IMG/VR virus record: IMGVR_UViG_3300043104_000334
Reading direction: 5' to 3' (one strand)
Source of the DNA: a virus
Taxonomy: Duplodnaviria > Caudoviricetes
Length of the DNA: 64,000 nucleotides
Under the pieces are notes generated by a model. The model was not told the origin of the DNA. It was given only the letters and a program-made list of their open reading frames with translations, and did not search any database. Shown one piece after another: positions 39,681-49,900 of the stretch. Within the stretch, counting starts at the first letter, position 1; each line of letters starts with the position of its first letter. The position numbers and the translations under genes were made by a program.

Positions 39681-41431
39681 AAGACTTCAGTATACCCATA
39701 AACTTTGGCATGACCACCGACCGTGGCTTTGCCATAAACTTTAGCACTACCATAGACTATAGCATTTTTATATACCTGAGCATTGCCATAGACTTGAGCA
39801 TAGTTAGAGATATTTGTGTCACCATAGACTTGAGCATTATCAAAGACTTTAGCATATCCACTAACAATAGCATGCTCGAAAACTTGAGCATCTTTATAAA
39901 CTTCAGCATTACCACATATACAAGCATTGTCATAAACTGCAGCGTTATCATGTACTCGAGCTTTGCTACCGATTTTGGCATTACCAGAGACCTGAGCATG
40001 ATCAGATACTTCAGCATTATTATAAACCGAAGCATTACCATATACTTGAGCACTATCACATACTACGGTATTATCATATACCTCAGACTTACCATAAACT
40101 GTAGCGTATCCTCCCACCATAGCATCAAAAGCTATGCTGGCATCGTCATAGACCCTAGCACTACCACTAATAGCAGCATTATCATGTACACCAGCATTAC
40201 CAAAAATCTTGGCTTCGTCTATTACACAAGCACTACAAGTGACCGAAGCATTCCCGCTGACCGAAGCATTATCACATACTTTAGCATTGTCAAATATCCA
40301 GCAAGTGTCGTTGTGAGAAAGATTATCCTCGCTCTCAACAAAACCACCTAAATCACCAGCTTTGACTTCTTTACCTTGACACGTAAAGTTTTTCAGGGCT
40401 TTTATTCTGTGAAGTATGCACTCTTCAAAGTCAATTGTTTCATCTGTTAATTCGTACTTCTTACCCTGCTCTTCAGTAGTATTAGTATGCACTCCACCAT
40501 GTACTTTAGCATTACTGTAGACTTTGGCGTTACTACAGACACTAATACTACTATCATAGACTCGAGCGTTATCATAGACCTGTGCATCACCATAGACTTG
40601 TGCTTTACCGTAGACTTGAGCGTTATCAAAGAGCTGAGCGTTATCATACACCTCAGCATAATCACATACACTAGCCTTATTATAAATCTGAGCATTACCA
40701 TACACCTGAGCCGCATCGAATACAACAGCATAGTCATATACCTTAGCATTGCCGTATACCTTAGCATGACAACTAATATCAGCCTTGTCACAGATTTCAG
40801 CCATGTCATAGACTTCAGCATTTCCATAGACATGTGCATCGCCGTAGACCTGAGCATTGTCACTAACTTTAGCTGTATCATATATTCTAGCATTATCAGA
40901 TACTATAGCATTGCCACATACTAGTGCATTATCATAGATTTTAGCGGCGTCATAAACTTCGGCCTTATCACATACCCAAGCATCATCATAAATCTGAGCA
41001 TTATCATAAACTTCAGCATCATCGTAGACTTGAGCATTGCCATAGACTTGAGCATTACCACATACCTGAGCATCATCATATACTTCAGCCTCGTCATACA
41101 CCAGTGAATCACCATAGACCTGGGCATCTCCATATAGGCCAGCATTGTTACTTACCTTAGCATTACCGTATACCTTAGCATCATCAAATATCCAACAAGT
41201 GCCTTTTTGATCAAGATTAGTTTCACTTTCTACCCATCCGCCCAAACTACCGGCTTTGACCTCTCTCTCCTGACACTTAAATTCTTTTAATGCTCTTATT
41301 CTGTGAAGTGTATGACCCTCTGCCTCAATTGTTTCATCTGTAAGTTCATACTTCTTCTCATCCTTATCCGTTACTTGTTTGGTAGGGACAGCCTTTCCAG
41401 CTGCTCCCAGTAACATATCAAGATTACTCAT
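39677..41431 (-). CDS. LbH protein 2, two fused units
   Basis: Second head after ...HTNTTEEQGKKYEL. Confidence 0.9.
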   Translation of the reverse strand: MSNLDMLLGAAGKAVPTKQVTDKDEKKYELTDETIEAEGHTLHRIRALKEFKCQEREVKAGSLGGWVESETNLDQKGTCWIFDDAKVYGNAKVSNNAGLYGDAQVYGDSLVYDEAEVYDDAQVCGNAQVYGNAQVYDDAEVYDNAQIYDDAWVCDKAEVYDAAKIYDNALVCGNAIVSDNARIYDTAKVSDNAQVYGDAHVYGNAEVYDMAEICDKADISCHAKVYGNAKVYDYAVVFDAAQVYGNAQIYNKASVCDYAEVYDNAQLFDNAQVYGKAQVYGDAQVYDNARVYDSSISVCSNAKVYSNAKVHGGVHTNTTEEQGKKYELTDETIDFEECILHRIKALKNFTCQGKEVKAGDLGGFVESEDNLSHNDTCWIFDNAKVCDNASVSGNASVTCSACVIDEAKIFGNAGVHDNAAISGSARVYDDASIAFDAMVGGYATVYGKSEVYDNTVVCDSAQVYGNASVYNNAEVSDHAQVSGNAKIGSKARVHDNAAVYDNACICGNAEVYKDAQVFEHAIVSGYAKVFDNAQVYGDTNISNYAQVYGNAQVYKNAIVYGSAKVYGKATVGGHAKVYGYTEVF

Positions 41432-41462
41432 AATTACTACCTCTCTTTAAATTATGTTTTAT

Positions 41463-43394
41463 TTACTCGTAGACTTCAGTATCACCATAGATTTCAGTAT
41501 TACAAACTCTAGCATTACCATGGACTTTAGCTTTGCCATAAACCTTTGCATTCTCGAAAACCGTGGCCCTACCATAAATTTGAGCATCACCACATACTAA
41601 TACATTTTCACAAACTTTAGCATGCTCATAAACGCGTGCATTGTAGCATACTTTAGCATCGTTGCATACTATAGCATTACCATATACCTGAGCGTAATGA
41701 TATACCTGAGCATCATTATATATTTTAGCATAGTCATAGATTTTAGCATAGTCATAGACTTTTGCACTACCATAGACTTCTGCATGGTCATATACTGTAG
41801 TCTTGTCATCTAGTGCAGCACTACCATAAACTTTAGCACTACCATAAACCTCAACGTCTCCACGCACTTCAGCATTACCATAAACTTGAGCAGTATCCAG
41901 AACTTGAGCATCACCATATACCTTTGCATCACCATACACTTCGGCACCATTATACACTCGAGCAGTACCGTAGATTTCCGCACAACCATAAACACTGGCG
42001 TAGCAATCTACTCTAGCCTCACCAAAGACCTCAGCATTATCAAATACTTGTGCTTTATCAAATACCCAGCAAGTATCTTTGTGAGAAAGATTCTTATCTT
42101 CCTCTACAAAACCGCCTAAGTCACCAATTTTAACATCTCTGCCTTGACAATCAAAGTCCTTTAAAGATTTTATTCTGTGAAGAGTGTGACCATCTATCAT
42201 GATTATCTCATCAGTAAATTCATACTTCTTACCGACTATTTCTGTGTTAGCATCTACCGCTCTTAATGTCTCAAGTTCACGACTAGTACTAATCTCCTCA
42301 TCGAAGACTAGTAAATCACCACAAACGTGAGTATGATAGTTAATCAAGGAACGGCCACAGACTTTAGCATTACCACTGACTTGAGCATCACTCAATAGTA
42401 AAGCCTTACCAAAGACCATACCGTAGCCACTTACTTGGGCATCATCCCTGATTTCGGCCTTGTCATAAACATGGGCACGGTCAAAGACCTTAGCACACCC
42501 ATGAATATTAGCATTTTTATATACATGAGCAGTACCATAAACTTGAGCGTCGTCATAAACTTGAGCATCCCCACTAATCATGCTAAAGTCATAGACTTTA
42601 GCCATGCCATAAACTTGAGCATTATCATAAACCTGAGCATTACCGTAAACCTGAGCTTTATTAAAGATATTAGCGGTGCCGTACACTCTAGCCATAGCGT
42701 AAAGTCTGGATATACCATGGATAATAGCGTCAGCAAAAACTGCTGCTTCATCATAGACTGAAGCATTGTCGTAAACTTTAGCGCTACCGAAAATACTAGC
42801 CTCCCCATAGATTCGTGCATCATCATATACTTGAGCATTTTCAAATATATGCGCATCACCATAAACTTGAGCATCATCTGATACTTGAGCGCTACCAGAA
42901 ACCTTAGCATTACCATACACTTTAGCGCCCATATAAACTTTTGCTTTACCCCAGATATTTGCACTCTCGTAGATTTCGGCCCAATCACAAACCGCAGCAT
43001 TGTCATGAACAGTAGCTTTATCAAATACTTTAACTGACCCGCCTACTTTAGCCCTGTCGAAGACTTGAGCATTATCAGAAACTCTAGCGTCATCATACAC
43101 TTTAGCATCGCCGAAGACTTGTGCTTCATCAAATACCCAGCAAGCATCTTCTTGTGATAGGTTACTCTCACTTTCAACCCAACCACCTAAGTCACCAACT
43201 CTTACATCTCTACCCTGACAAGTAAAATTCTTTAGAGATTTTATTCTATGGACAATATGGCTACCTGCTATGAGAACGACACGGTTATCTACTCTTGTTG
43301 TCTCGTCCGTTAATTCATATTTTTTCTCTACTTCCTTATTGCTAGTGTCAGAACATCTAAATGCTGCCCCTAGCAGTTCATCTAAACTACTCAT
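41463..43394 (-). CDS. LbH protein 1, two fused units
   Basis: Second head after ...LETLRAVDANTEIVGKKYEF. Confidence 0.9.
   Translation of the reverse strand: MSSLDELLGAAFRCSDTSNKEVEKKYELTDETTRVDNRVVLIAGSHIVHRIKSLKNFTCQGRDVRVGDLGGWVESESNLSQEDACWVFDEAQVFGDAKVYDDARVSDNAQVFDRAKVGGSVKVFDKATVHDNAAVCDWAEIYESANIWGKAKVYMGAKVYGNAKVSGSAQVSDDAQVYGDAHIFENAQVYDDARIYGEASIFGSAKVYDNASVYDEAAVFADAIIHGISRLYAMARVYGTANIFNKAQVYGNAQVYDNAQVYGMAKVYDFSMISGDAQVYDDAQVYGTAHVYKNANIHGCAKVFDRAHVYDKAEIRDDAQVSGYGMVFGKALLLSDAQVSGNAKVCGRSLINYHTHVCGDLLVFDEEISTSRELETLRAVDANTEIVGKKYEFTDEIIMIDGHTLHRIKSLKDFDCQGRDVKIGDLGGFVEEDKNLSHKDTCWVFDKAQVFDNAEVFGEARVDCYASVYGCAEIYGTARVYNGAEVYGDAKVYGDAQVLDTAQVYGNAEVRGDVEVYGSAKVYGSAALDDKTTVYDHAEVYGSAKVYDYAKIYDYAKIYNDAQVYHYAQVYGNAIVCNDAKVCYNARVYEHAKVCENVLVCGDAQIYGRATVFENAKVYGKAKVHGNARVCNTEIYGDTEVYE
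42853..42920. repeat. 68-bp exact repeat, copy 2
   Basis: Identical to 33971..34038. Confidence 0.9.
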
Positions 43395-43572
43395 AACTTA
43401 TCTTTCCTTTCATCAAATTATATTATTCTTTATAGATTTTAGCTGCAATCCTAGTATTTGCATTATCGCGAAATGGAATATAATAATCTATTATACCTGC
43501 ATCAATATTCTTATTAACTACTTCTGTGGTCTTAGCTGGTATTAACATATTAATATCAATTATAATGACTAC

Positions 43573-43594
43573 CTTTCAATTATCTTTCAATTAT
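43573..43594. promoter_or_regulatory. Tandem 11-bp direct repeat upstream of the LbH array
   Basis: CTTTCAATTAT x2. Confidence 0.4.
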
Positions 43595-43655
43595 ATATGA
43601 TATTTCCATGCTACGGGTTTCAGTTTGCTACTATTATTAAATTACTCAAAACATA

Positions 43656-43689
43656 TAGCCCTAGTGTATATTAATATACACTAGGGCTA
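43656..43689 (-). terminator. Rho-independent terminator / 34-bp perfect palindrome
   Basis: TAGCCCTAGTGTATATT|AATATACACTAGGGCTA 4 bp after a stop codon, followed on the minus strand by TATGTTTT. Confidence 0.75.
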
Positions 43690-43693
43690 ATCG

Positions 43694-44818
43694 TCATTTT
43701 CTTTCAAGTAACGCAATAATGTTCTTTACAATACTCATAGAAGAATACTCACTTATTCTCGCAGATGTATCAAGCTTTTCAAAATCTTTAATGTACTTAA
43801 TAAACTGCGTTGTATTCTCATAAGAAATGATTCTTCCAAGCGGAATATCCGCGGGTGCATCTTTTAAATCGGATACTGTGTACATAACTTCTACGTTTGG
43901 TCCAACAACATGAGGCACTGAGTATCCACCTCTGTCAAGAATTATCAGAATAGAGATATTAGACGAATTCTTTAAGACATCCTGCATAATGTTAGGCTGC
44001 ATACCAAGCATAAGAATATCACCTTGTATTACGTCACGCTCGATAAGATTGTGATGCGGAACAAGGTTGGGATAAAGCGGAATCTTACCATCTGCATAAT
44101 ACCCCTCAATAACAAGTATTCTTGTAGGCATCGCGTAAAGAGTCTTCATAATCTCTTTCAGATAGTACACAAGTGTATCTGTATACTGAACTCTTGAAAT
44201 CTCCTTTATGTAAAGAATCTTATCGTAAGAATTCTTGTCAACCTGAAACAGTTTATTCTTATCAACACCTGCATTATACTGATAATTGATACGGGATATA
44301 AGTGCATGAAACTTTGACTGATAGGAAAGCTTATTTGCACTCTCCAGCTGGATTGTGTAGTCCTTATCATCAATCTCCGCTTGCATACCCTCTACAATAG
44401 ACTGAAGTCGCGACACCTGATTTGAGTAAGCAAGCATCTGCTTAAAGTAATCATTGTTCCTATCGGTGAGATACTTGAGTGTATCCATGAATTCCTTTTC
44501 ATGTGCACCAAGCAGCATTATGATTTCACTAACATCCCGACACTCAGCAATCTTCTGAACCATTTTGTCCTGAGTAAGTACCTCATCCTCTAAATCAAGC
44601 TCGATTACAAGATTATAGTTAATCCTCCGGACATTTTCAATGTACTTCATAAGACCAGTAGGCGTGAAGAACTCATGCGCGAAATCCTGCCGAATAACAA
44701 CTTTATTAGAGGATAAATTATCTACAGCAATTTTGTCCAACTCAGACTTGGTATGAATAAATTTATATCCATCAACCTTGTCTTTCGTTTCCTCTACTAA
44801 TGATGCTAAATACATCAT
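43694..44818 (-). CDS. Hypothetical protein with central coiled coil and possible degenerate P-loop fold
   Basis: Heptad region QVSRLQSIVEGMQAEI; alpha/beta C-terminus. Confidence 0.65.
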   Translation of the reverse strand: MMYLASLVEETKDKVDGYKFIHTKSELDKIAVDNLSSNKVVIRQDFAHEFFTPTGLMKYIENVRRINYNLVIELDLEDEVLTQDKMVQKIAECRDVSEIIMLLGAHEKEFMDTLKYLTDRNNDYFKQMLAYSNQVSRLQSIVEGMQAEIDDKDYTIQLESANKLSYQSKFHALISRINYQYNAGVDKNKLFQVDKNSYDKILYIKEISRVQYTDTLVYYLKEIMKTLYAMPTRILVIEGYYADGKIPLYPNLVPHHNLIERDVIQGDILMLGMQPNIMQDVLKNSSNISILIILDRGGYSVPHVVGPNVEVMYTVSDLKDAPADIPLGRIISYENTTQFIKYIKDFEKLDTSARISEYSSMSIVKNIIALLERK

Positions 44819-45998
44819 AGACGATTTCCTCCCCTCTCAAGTTAATTCCATTTGCTTCAACGACTTCCGCAATAAGGTTACTCTTATCAAGAACGACCCG
44901 CACGATATCAGTCATCTCAGTTGATGTAATGTTACATTCATTCTTCTTATTCATACGCATACCAACCAAGATTACCTTTGTTGGGTCAACATCATAAAGG
45001 AGTGAGTTGCAGCATTCAAGAACATCCGGTACTGTATCAGCACACACAATACTATAGTATGAACCATAGGGAGTCTGCGTAAAATCACACTCCTTTATGA
45101 AGTAATCAACATAGCCGAGTAAGTTGCTGCTGAGAATGTCGAATACAAAATCATAGTTAAATATAATTCTGTTCTTGCATCCAATAACAATAAGCCGGGC
45201 TGAGCTTGCTTTAATATCCTGCACGATTTTTGTAGGGTTAACCATGAACTCCTCAAGGTCAATAAACTCATAATCAACTGATGACTTAAGCACCATATCA
45301 GTCAACCGGTGATATTGAATGTCACTCTCAACAATAAGCGTTTTTCCTGTCAATGCAAGATACTGTGCCTCAATGAATGTAAAGAGCGTACGCTCAACTG
45401 ACTGCTTCCCAACAACATAGTATGTGCTAGACAAAATGTCTACGCTAGGAATTTGAATTTCCGGCTCTGCCATTTGTGGTATAGCAGACAGCTGTTCTTC
45501 ATCTGTTTCATAATCATTCTCATCAGTCTCGTACTTCTTAATATTTTGTGCAACTGCATATTCAGAAGCACGCATACGATAAGTGATTACTTCAGTCTCC
45601 GACTCATCAGCAATACGTGCTGCTCCTGATACAATATCAGAAATAAATCTTGACGATAAATCTCCCTGATAGAATGTGATGGTTGTAATACCATTATCTT
45701 CAAGGAATGAACTTACGGCATCACTTGACGTTGTCTCACTAATGAGATAAATACAACTTCCAGTAAGCTTCAAAAATGGCGCTGAAAGCAAATCCAGAAG
45801 TCTCGCCATATTTGTACTTGTAAAGGGAAGTTCCTTTTCTGAGATAACGATAGAACCAAGTACAATAGGTGTGGTGTTAATATACTCCTCGAACTTTATG
45901 AAGTCGGGAAATATACTTATATCATATACCGGAGTGACACTCTTTATTGAGTCATCAATGTTACCGGCAACAATAAACATTCTTTCCTTAGAAATCAT
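44772..45998 (-). CDS. Putative degenerate MinD/ParA (CpaE/TadZ-like) protein
   Basis: VVGKQSVERT..AQYLA..GKTLIVESD mimics GKGGVGKT..A..LA..GKVLLVD.D without the catalytic Lys. Confidence 0.45.
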   Translation of the reverse strand: MISKERMFIVAGNIDDSIKSVTPVYDISIFPDFIKFEEYINTTPIVLGSIVISEKELPFTSTNMARLLDLLSAPFLKLTGSCIYLISETTSSDAVSSFLEDNGITTITFYQGDLSSRFISDIVSGAARIADESETEVITYRMRASEYAVAQNIKKYETDENDYETDEEQLSAIPQMAEPEIQIPSVDILSSTYYVVGKQSVERTLFTFIEAQYLALTGKTLIVESDIQYHRLTDMVLKSSVDYEFIDLEEFMVNPTKIVQDIKASSARLIVIGCKNRIIFNYDFVFDILSSNLLGYVDYFIKECDFTQTPYGSYYSIVCADTVPDVLECCNSLLYDVDPTKVILVGMRMNKKNECNITSTEMTDIVRVVLDKSNLIAEVVEANGINLRGEEIVYDVFSIISRGNERQG

Positions 45999-46906
45999 GA
46001 TTGTCTCCTCTCCTCAAGACTTGATGTTTCCTCAGCAGGTACAAGCTCCTTTGGAACGTTATCATCATACCAGAGTACCTTGGAAGCATAATACTCATCG
46101 TTATCATACTTCTTGATAAGCATATTCTTAAGGTCGGCAAATCCACAGATATCTCTGTTGAATAGTTCAATAACGTCATCATAATCACAAACTTTTATTT
46201 CATTAAATAAAAGAGCAATTTCTGACGATGTTAACTCACCCATATGAGCGATAAGCTTTTTCCAAGCATACTTGGCAGACGTTACCAAGAACGTTACTCT
46301 GTATAATCCAGTATGCTCACGAGACCATTCATCCTGATATGCATAGAACCCGATTCGTTCCTGTATTACTTCATTGTCTTTATACCGTTTAAGGTTTGGC
46401 AGAGTATCTTCACATAACAGTTCATCTACCGTATTGTGTAACATCATATCCCACTGCCAACCACCATTGTCTAATTCGTTCATAAAATTTTCCATATCAA
46501 CGGAAAGTTTATCTTCCGTAAGATACTCTCTTAAGTACCCAGAAATCAAGAGACCTACTCTACCATTATCAAATTCAATAAGACCATTCTCATGAACATG
46601 ATTAACATGTATGAGTTCATCTGCCGATTTATACTCATCATTTCTTTGCTGCTCATAGAACTGCATTTTTACTTTTTCCTTACCAAGAATGATGAGAGCC
46701 ATTCTCCCCGTAAAAAGAAGATCAAATATACAAACCCACCAGAACTTAATAGGCGTACCCTGCAATAAGAATAACCATATAAGTAATGGTAAAGCAGCAC
46801 AGGCAAGAGTAAGCACAATAGGTAATACTCTACCCTCATACTCACCAAATACGCTATCTATATTCAATAGCGTATTTATGTTTTCTTTTCCTTTAAACCT
46901 CTTCAT
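45995..46906 (-). CDS. Two-TM membrane protein, possible VirB3/PrgI-like transfer component (start revised to MKRFK)
   Basis: Two N-terminal TMs then soluble domain; position in the membrane-gene block. Confidence 0.45.
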   Translation of the reverse strand: MKRFKGKENINTLLNIDSVFGEYEGRVLPIVLTLACAALPLLIWLFLLQGTPIKFWWVCIFDLLFTGRMALIILGKEKVKMQFYEQQRNDEYKSADELIHVNHVHENGLIEFDNGRVGLLISGYLREYLTEDKLSVDMENFMNELDNGGWQWDMMLHNTVDELLCEDTLPNLKRYKDNEVIQERIGFYAYQDEWSREHTGLYRVTFLVTSAKYAWKKLIAHMGELTSSEIALLFNEIKVCDYDDVIELFNRDICGFADLKNMLIKKYDNDEYYASKVLWYDDNVPKELVPAEETSSLEERRQS

Positions 46907-46960
46907 ACAATCACCTTTCATAAATGTGGGTTTGGCATTTAACCAAACCCACATAATTTC

Positions 46961-49900
46961 TTAAATAGGACTATACGTTCCATTCTCCTCACGCTCTTCG
47001 TCTCTTGCAAGCATATCATCAACAGAGTTACTGTCATAATCATCAGAACTATATCTTCTGGATGTTCTTGAATCTCCATAAGCATTATTCTGCTTAGACA
47101 GAATTTTCTCTGCAATAACATTCTGAGCATGTAGAAGACCAGATGTAATGGAACTGCCAATGTGTGCCCATTCACTAAATCCATTATTTTGCCAATCTTT
47201 AATCTCAATGTAGACAATTCCACATAAACCAAAAATGTAAGCTATTTGCGTAAGCAACCCAACAGTCAATGCCAACACCGAACCAAATCCATACTCAGAA
47301 ATTGATAAGGATAATTTAAGCATTCCTGCATAAGCATAATTTACCATGACAAGGCAAGCACAGCCTATTAGGTAACCCTCAACGCACTTACTGTCTTTCC
47401 TAAATAGGACTTTCCTGAATACGGAATTTATGAGCAATAGTGCTATAATGATTATCAAACAAATAGGTTTCATCATACTTGTGAGCCACAATAGAACAAG
47501 ATAGAATGCTGTAAGGATTACACCAATTGTTCCAGACTCCTCATAAGCAAATCTTGCAAAACTGTAAGAGTAATACTTGTACACAGAACCTCTATCAGCT
47601 ATCATAAGCCGAATGATGTCTCGTGTATCAATATTCATAATCTCAATAGCATTACCAGTATGAATATTGAATACCTGATTGAACTTGATTGATAACTGCA
47701 GTGCAAAAACCTTTAAGAACACTTCATCCGGAATCTTTCCAAGTACGCTCTTATTAGCTGCAATATAGTTTCTTGCATACTCATAAATTTCATTTATCTT
47801 AGTCTGCGTTGAATCATCCTCAGTTGTACCGGTTGGATACCATCTTGACTGTTTCATCTTGCTTATTTGTTCATCCGTAAATGTACCAGACGTATAAGAC
47901 ATAAGATTTGTTCCAGTCTGCAGAACTTCATTGAGTCCAAGAATATCATAACCATCGTCCAAGAACTCACTAGAGGTGAGATAAGGTGAGATAATATCAT
48001 AAGTCATGATATGACCATTCGAGCCAACATCCCAAGAATATGCAGTAATATCCTTTGATGTATTATACTCATCAATATTAGCTACAAGCTTATCAAGAAA
48101 TACATAATAAGGGATAGTAAATGAAACTACACTGTCCTTATCGCCAGCTGTACCACTACCGGAACTGCTCGAGTAAGCAATATTAGACAACTGATTCTGT
48201 GTCGGATAATACACTATACTTGTAGAGTCAAAGATACTTTGAACGTTCATATAGAGTCCATCACCCTTTAACTCAACATTGTCCTGTAATGCCATTGCAT
48301 TATCAGTTAGCTGACTTTCATACAATTCCGTAACTGTACTGTATGTATTATTGAATAGCACCTCACTAATAATTTCCCACCAGTTGACAGATACATCATC
48401 CAACTTAACATAAAGCTCGGTTGTTGTCTCAGGAGTAGTAACACTTGTAATTCCAATTTCGGCACCATCAAAACTCTTAACATAGTTAAGCATCATGATG
48501 TATCCAGACTCACTCGCTAGGAGCTGTTTATTAGCCTTATAGTAAGACCAACTAATAAGGTTAGGAACTACAGTAAGTACAACTAAAACAAGCATACATG
48601 TGAATATAAACTTACCTACGCTCTTGATTCCAAGATGGTTCTTTACTGCATCTAGATATAAGCTTATTGCTAAACCTACAAGCATCAATGCAAATACAAC
48701 CTTGAACACATAAAGAACAATGTACTCAATACCAGTCACAAATGCAAGATTAGGAATAGTTACGATTGAGTTACCACCAGTCTCAGAACCGTTAGCACTA
48801 ACCACTAAGGCATCGGTTAATTCTTCAAGCTTATAAGCCATATAAACTCCAGCTTTAGAAATATCCGTTGCTCCTGATAATCCCTCATAATCATAATCAA
48901 TATATTCGATAGGCGCACCACGCAAAGTTTCTACAACGAGATTTACAAGTGTTTTAGAATATATTGCTCCAGACGCAGCCTTATTGAAATAGGCATCATT
49001 ATAAAACAGCTCTTTGACAATAGTAGAATTCTTGTTAAGATTCTCCCACTGAATAATTGCAGATGATGACTGACCTGATAGAGATGATGTTCTCAACGTA
49101 AGCACACCGGACCTGTCAACAATCATATAGCCACCAGCATTCTCACGCTTTACCTCTTCACCGTACTGTCCAACACTCGTTGTATCTGACGCAGTAATTG
49201 TAGACGTTGTATAGATTGGATTTCCGTCATCATCATATCCGCTAATGTACTGAACCTGCTGAGTAGTTTCTCCGTTTGACTCATAGGATACACCAGTAAG
49301 CCATTCGTACACTTCATCGGAGAATTCACCAGTAACAAGCTTGTTTCCATTATTATAATACTCCGACCATCCTACTGTATTAGGATTCCAGTTAGTACCG
49401 CATAACGTAGCATTGCAAGCTGCTGGAATAATGACAAGACCAGATTCGGTAATAATGTTTCCAAACAAGTCACAGAAGATAGGCGCATCCAAATCTAATG
49501 CGGAAGCAGAATCATTCTTCATTTGGTCTTCCAGATTTGCTAACATACAATAATTGTATATACTCCGCCAGTCAGAAGAAGTCGTACCCGGAGTAGAACA
49601 AATTGCCTTACTTGATTTGAAGATTGCATTATCTGACGCAAGTGCACGTAAGCATTCATTGTAGAGTTCTGCACTCCTGTATACAGCAGATACTACACCA
49701 TAGGACTGCTTTACTGAATACTCATACTCATTAAACACACTGTTCTCACCAATAAGGTCATCATCAGAAAGAACATAAACATCAGCAATACTGGATGTCA
49801 ACGTAGGTGTGCCTCCAAGCTTTGTTACACTATTCGCAAGTGTACTTGAATAGTATGTGTTTGAGCCAGTCTTAAGTATCTGTTCAGCACTCAGGTCAAA

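Larger units (their letters stand above)
31043..43394 (-). repeat. Tandem array of 11 paralogous hexapeptide-repeat (LbH, YdcK-like) genes, 14 head domains in total
   Basis: Each unit: KKYEL..LHRIKALK.F..VK.GDLGG..E.E.NL...G.CW head followed by (V[YF][GD][ND]A[KQRE]) repeats. Confidence 0.92.

Noticed and set aside
31043-43394. Diversity-generating retroelement acting on the array
   Set aside because: No reverse transcriptase in the window; the one exact repeat found has no adenine-specific mismatches
31043-43394. CRISPR array or DNA minisatellite
   Set aside because: The 18-nt periodicity is protein-coding and degenerate; there is no repeat-spacer structure or cas gene
31043-43394. Calling the LbH genes acyltransferases (LpxA/LpxD-like)
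   Set aside because: Fold similarity only; no conserved catalytic His or accessory domain is recognisable
31126-43545. Many Met-rich frame-shifted ORFs and long plus-strand ORFs (e.g. 38672..39466, 39710..40351) within the LbH array
   Set aside because: Shadows of the hexapeptide codon pattern (GAT/AAT+GCT), no RBS, fully overlapping real genes
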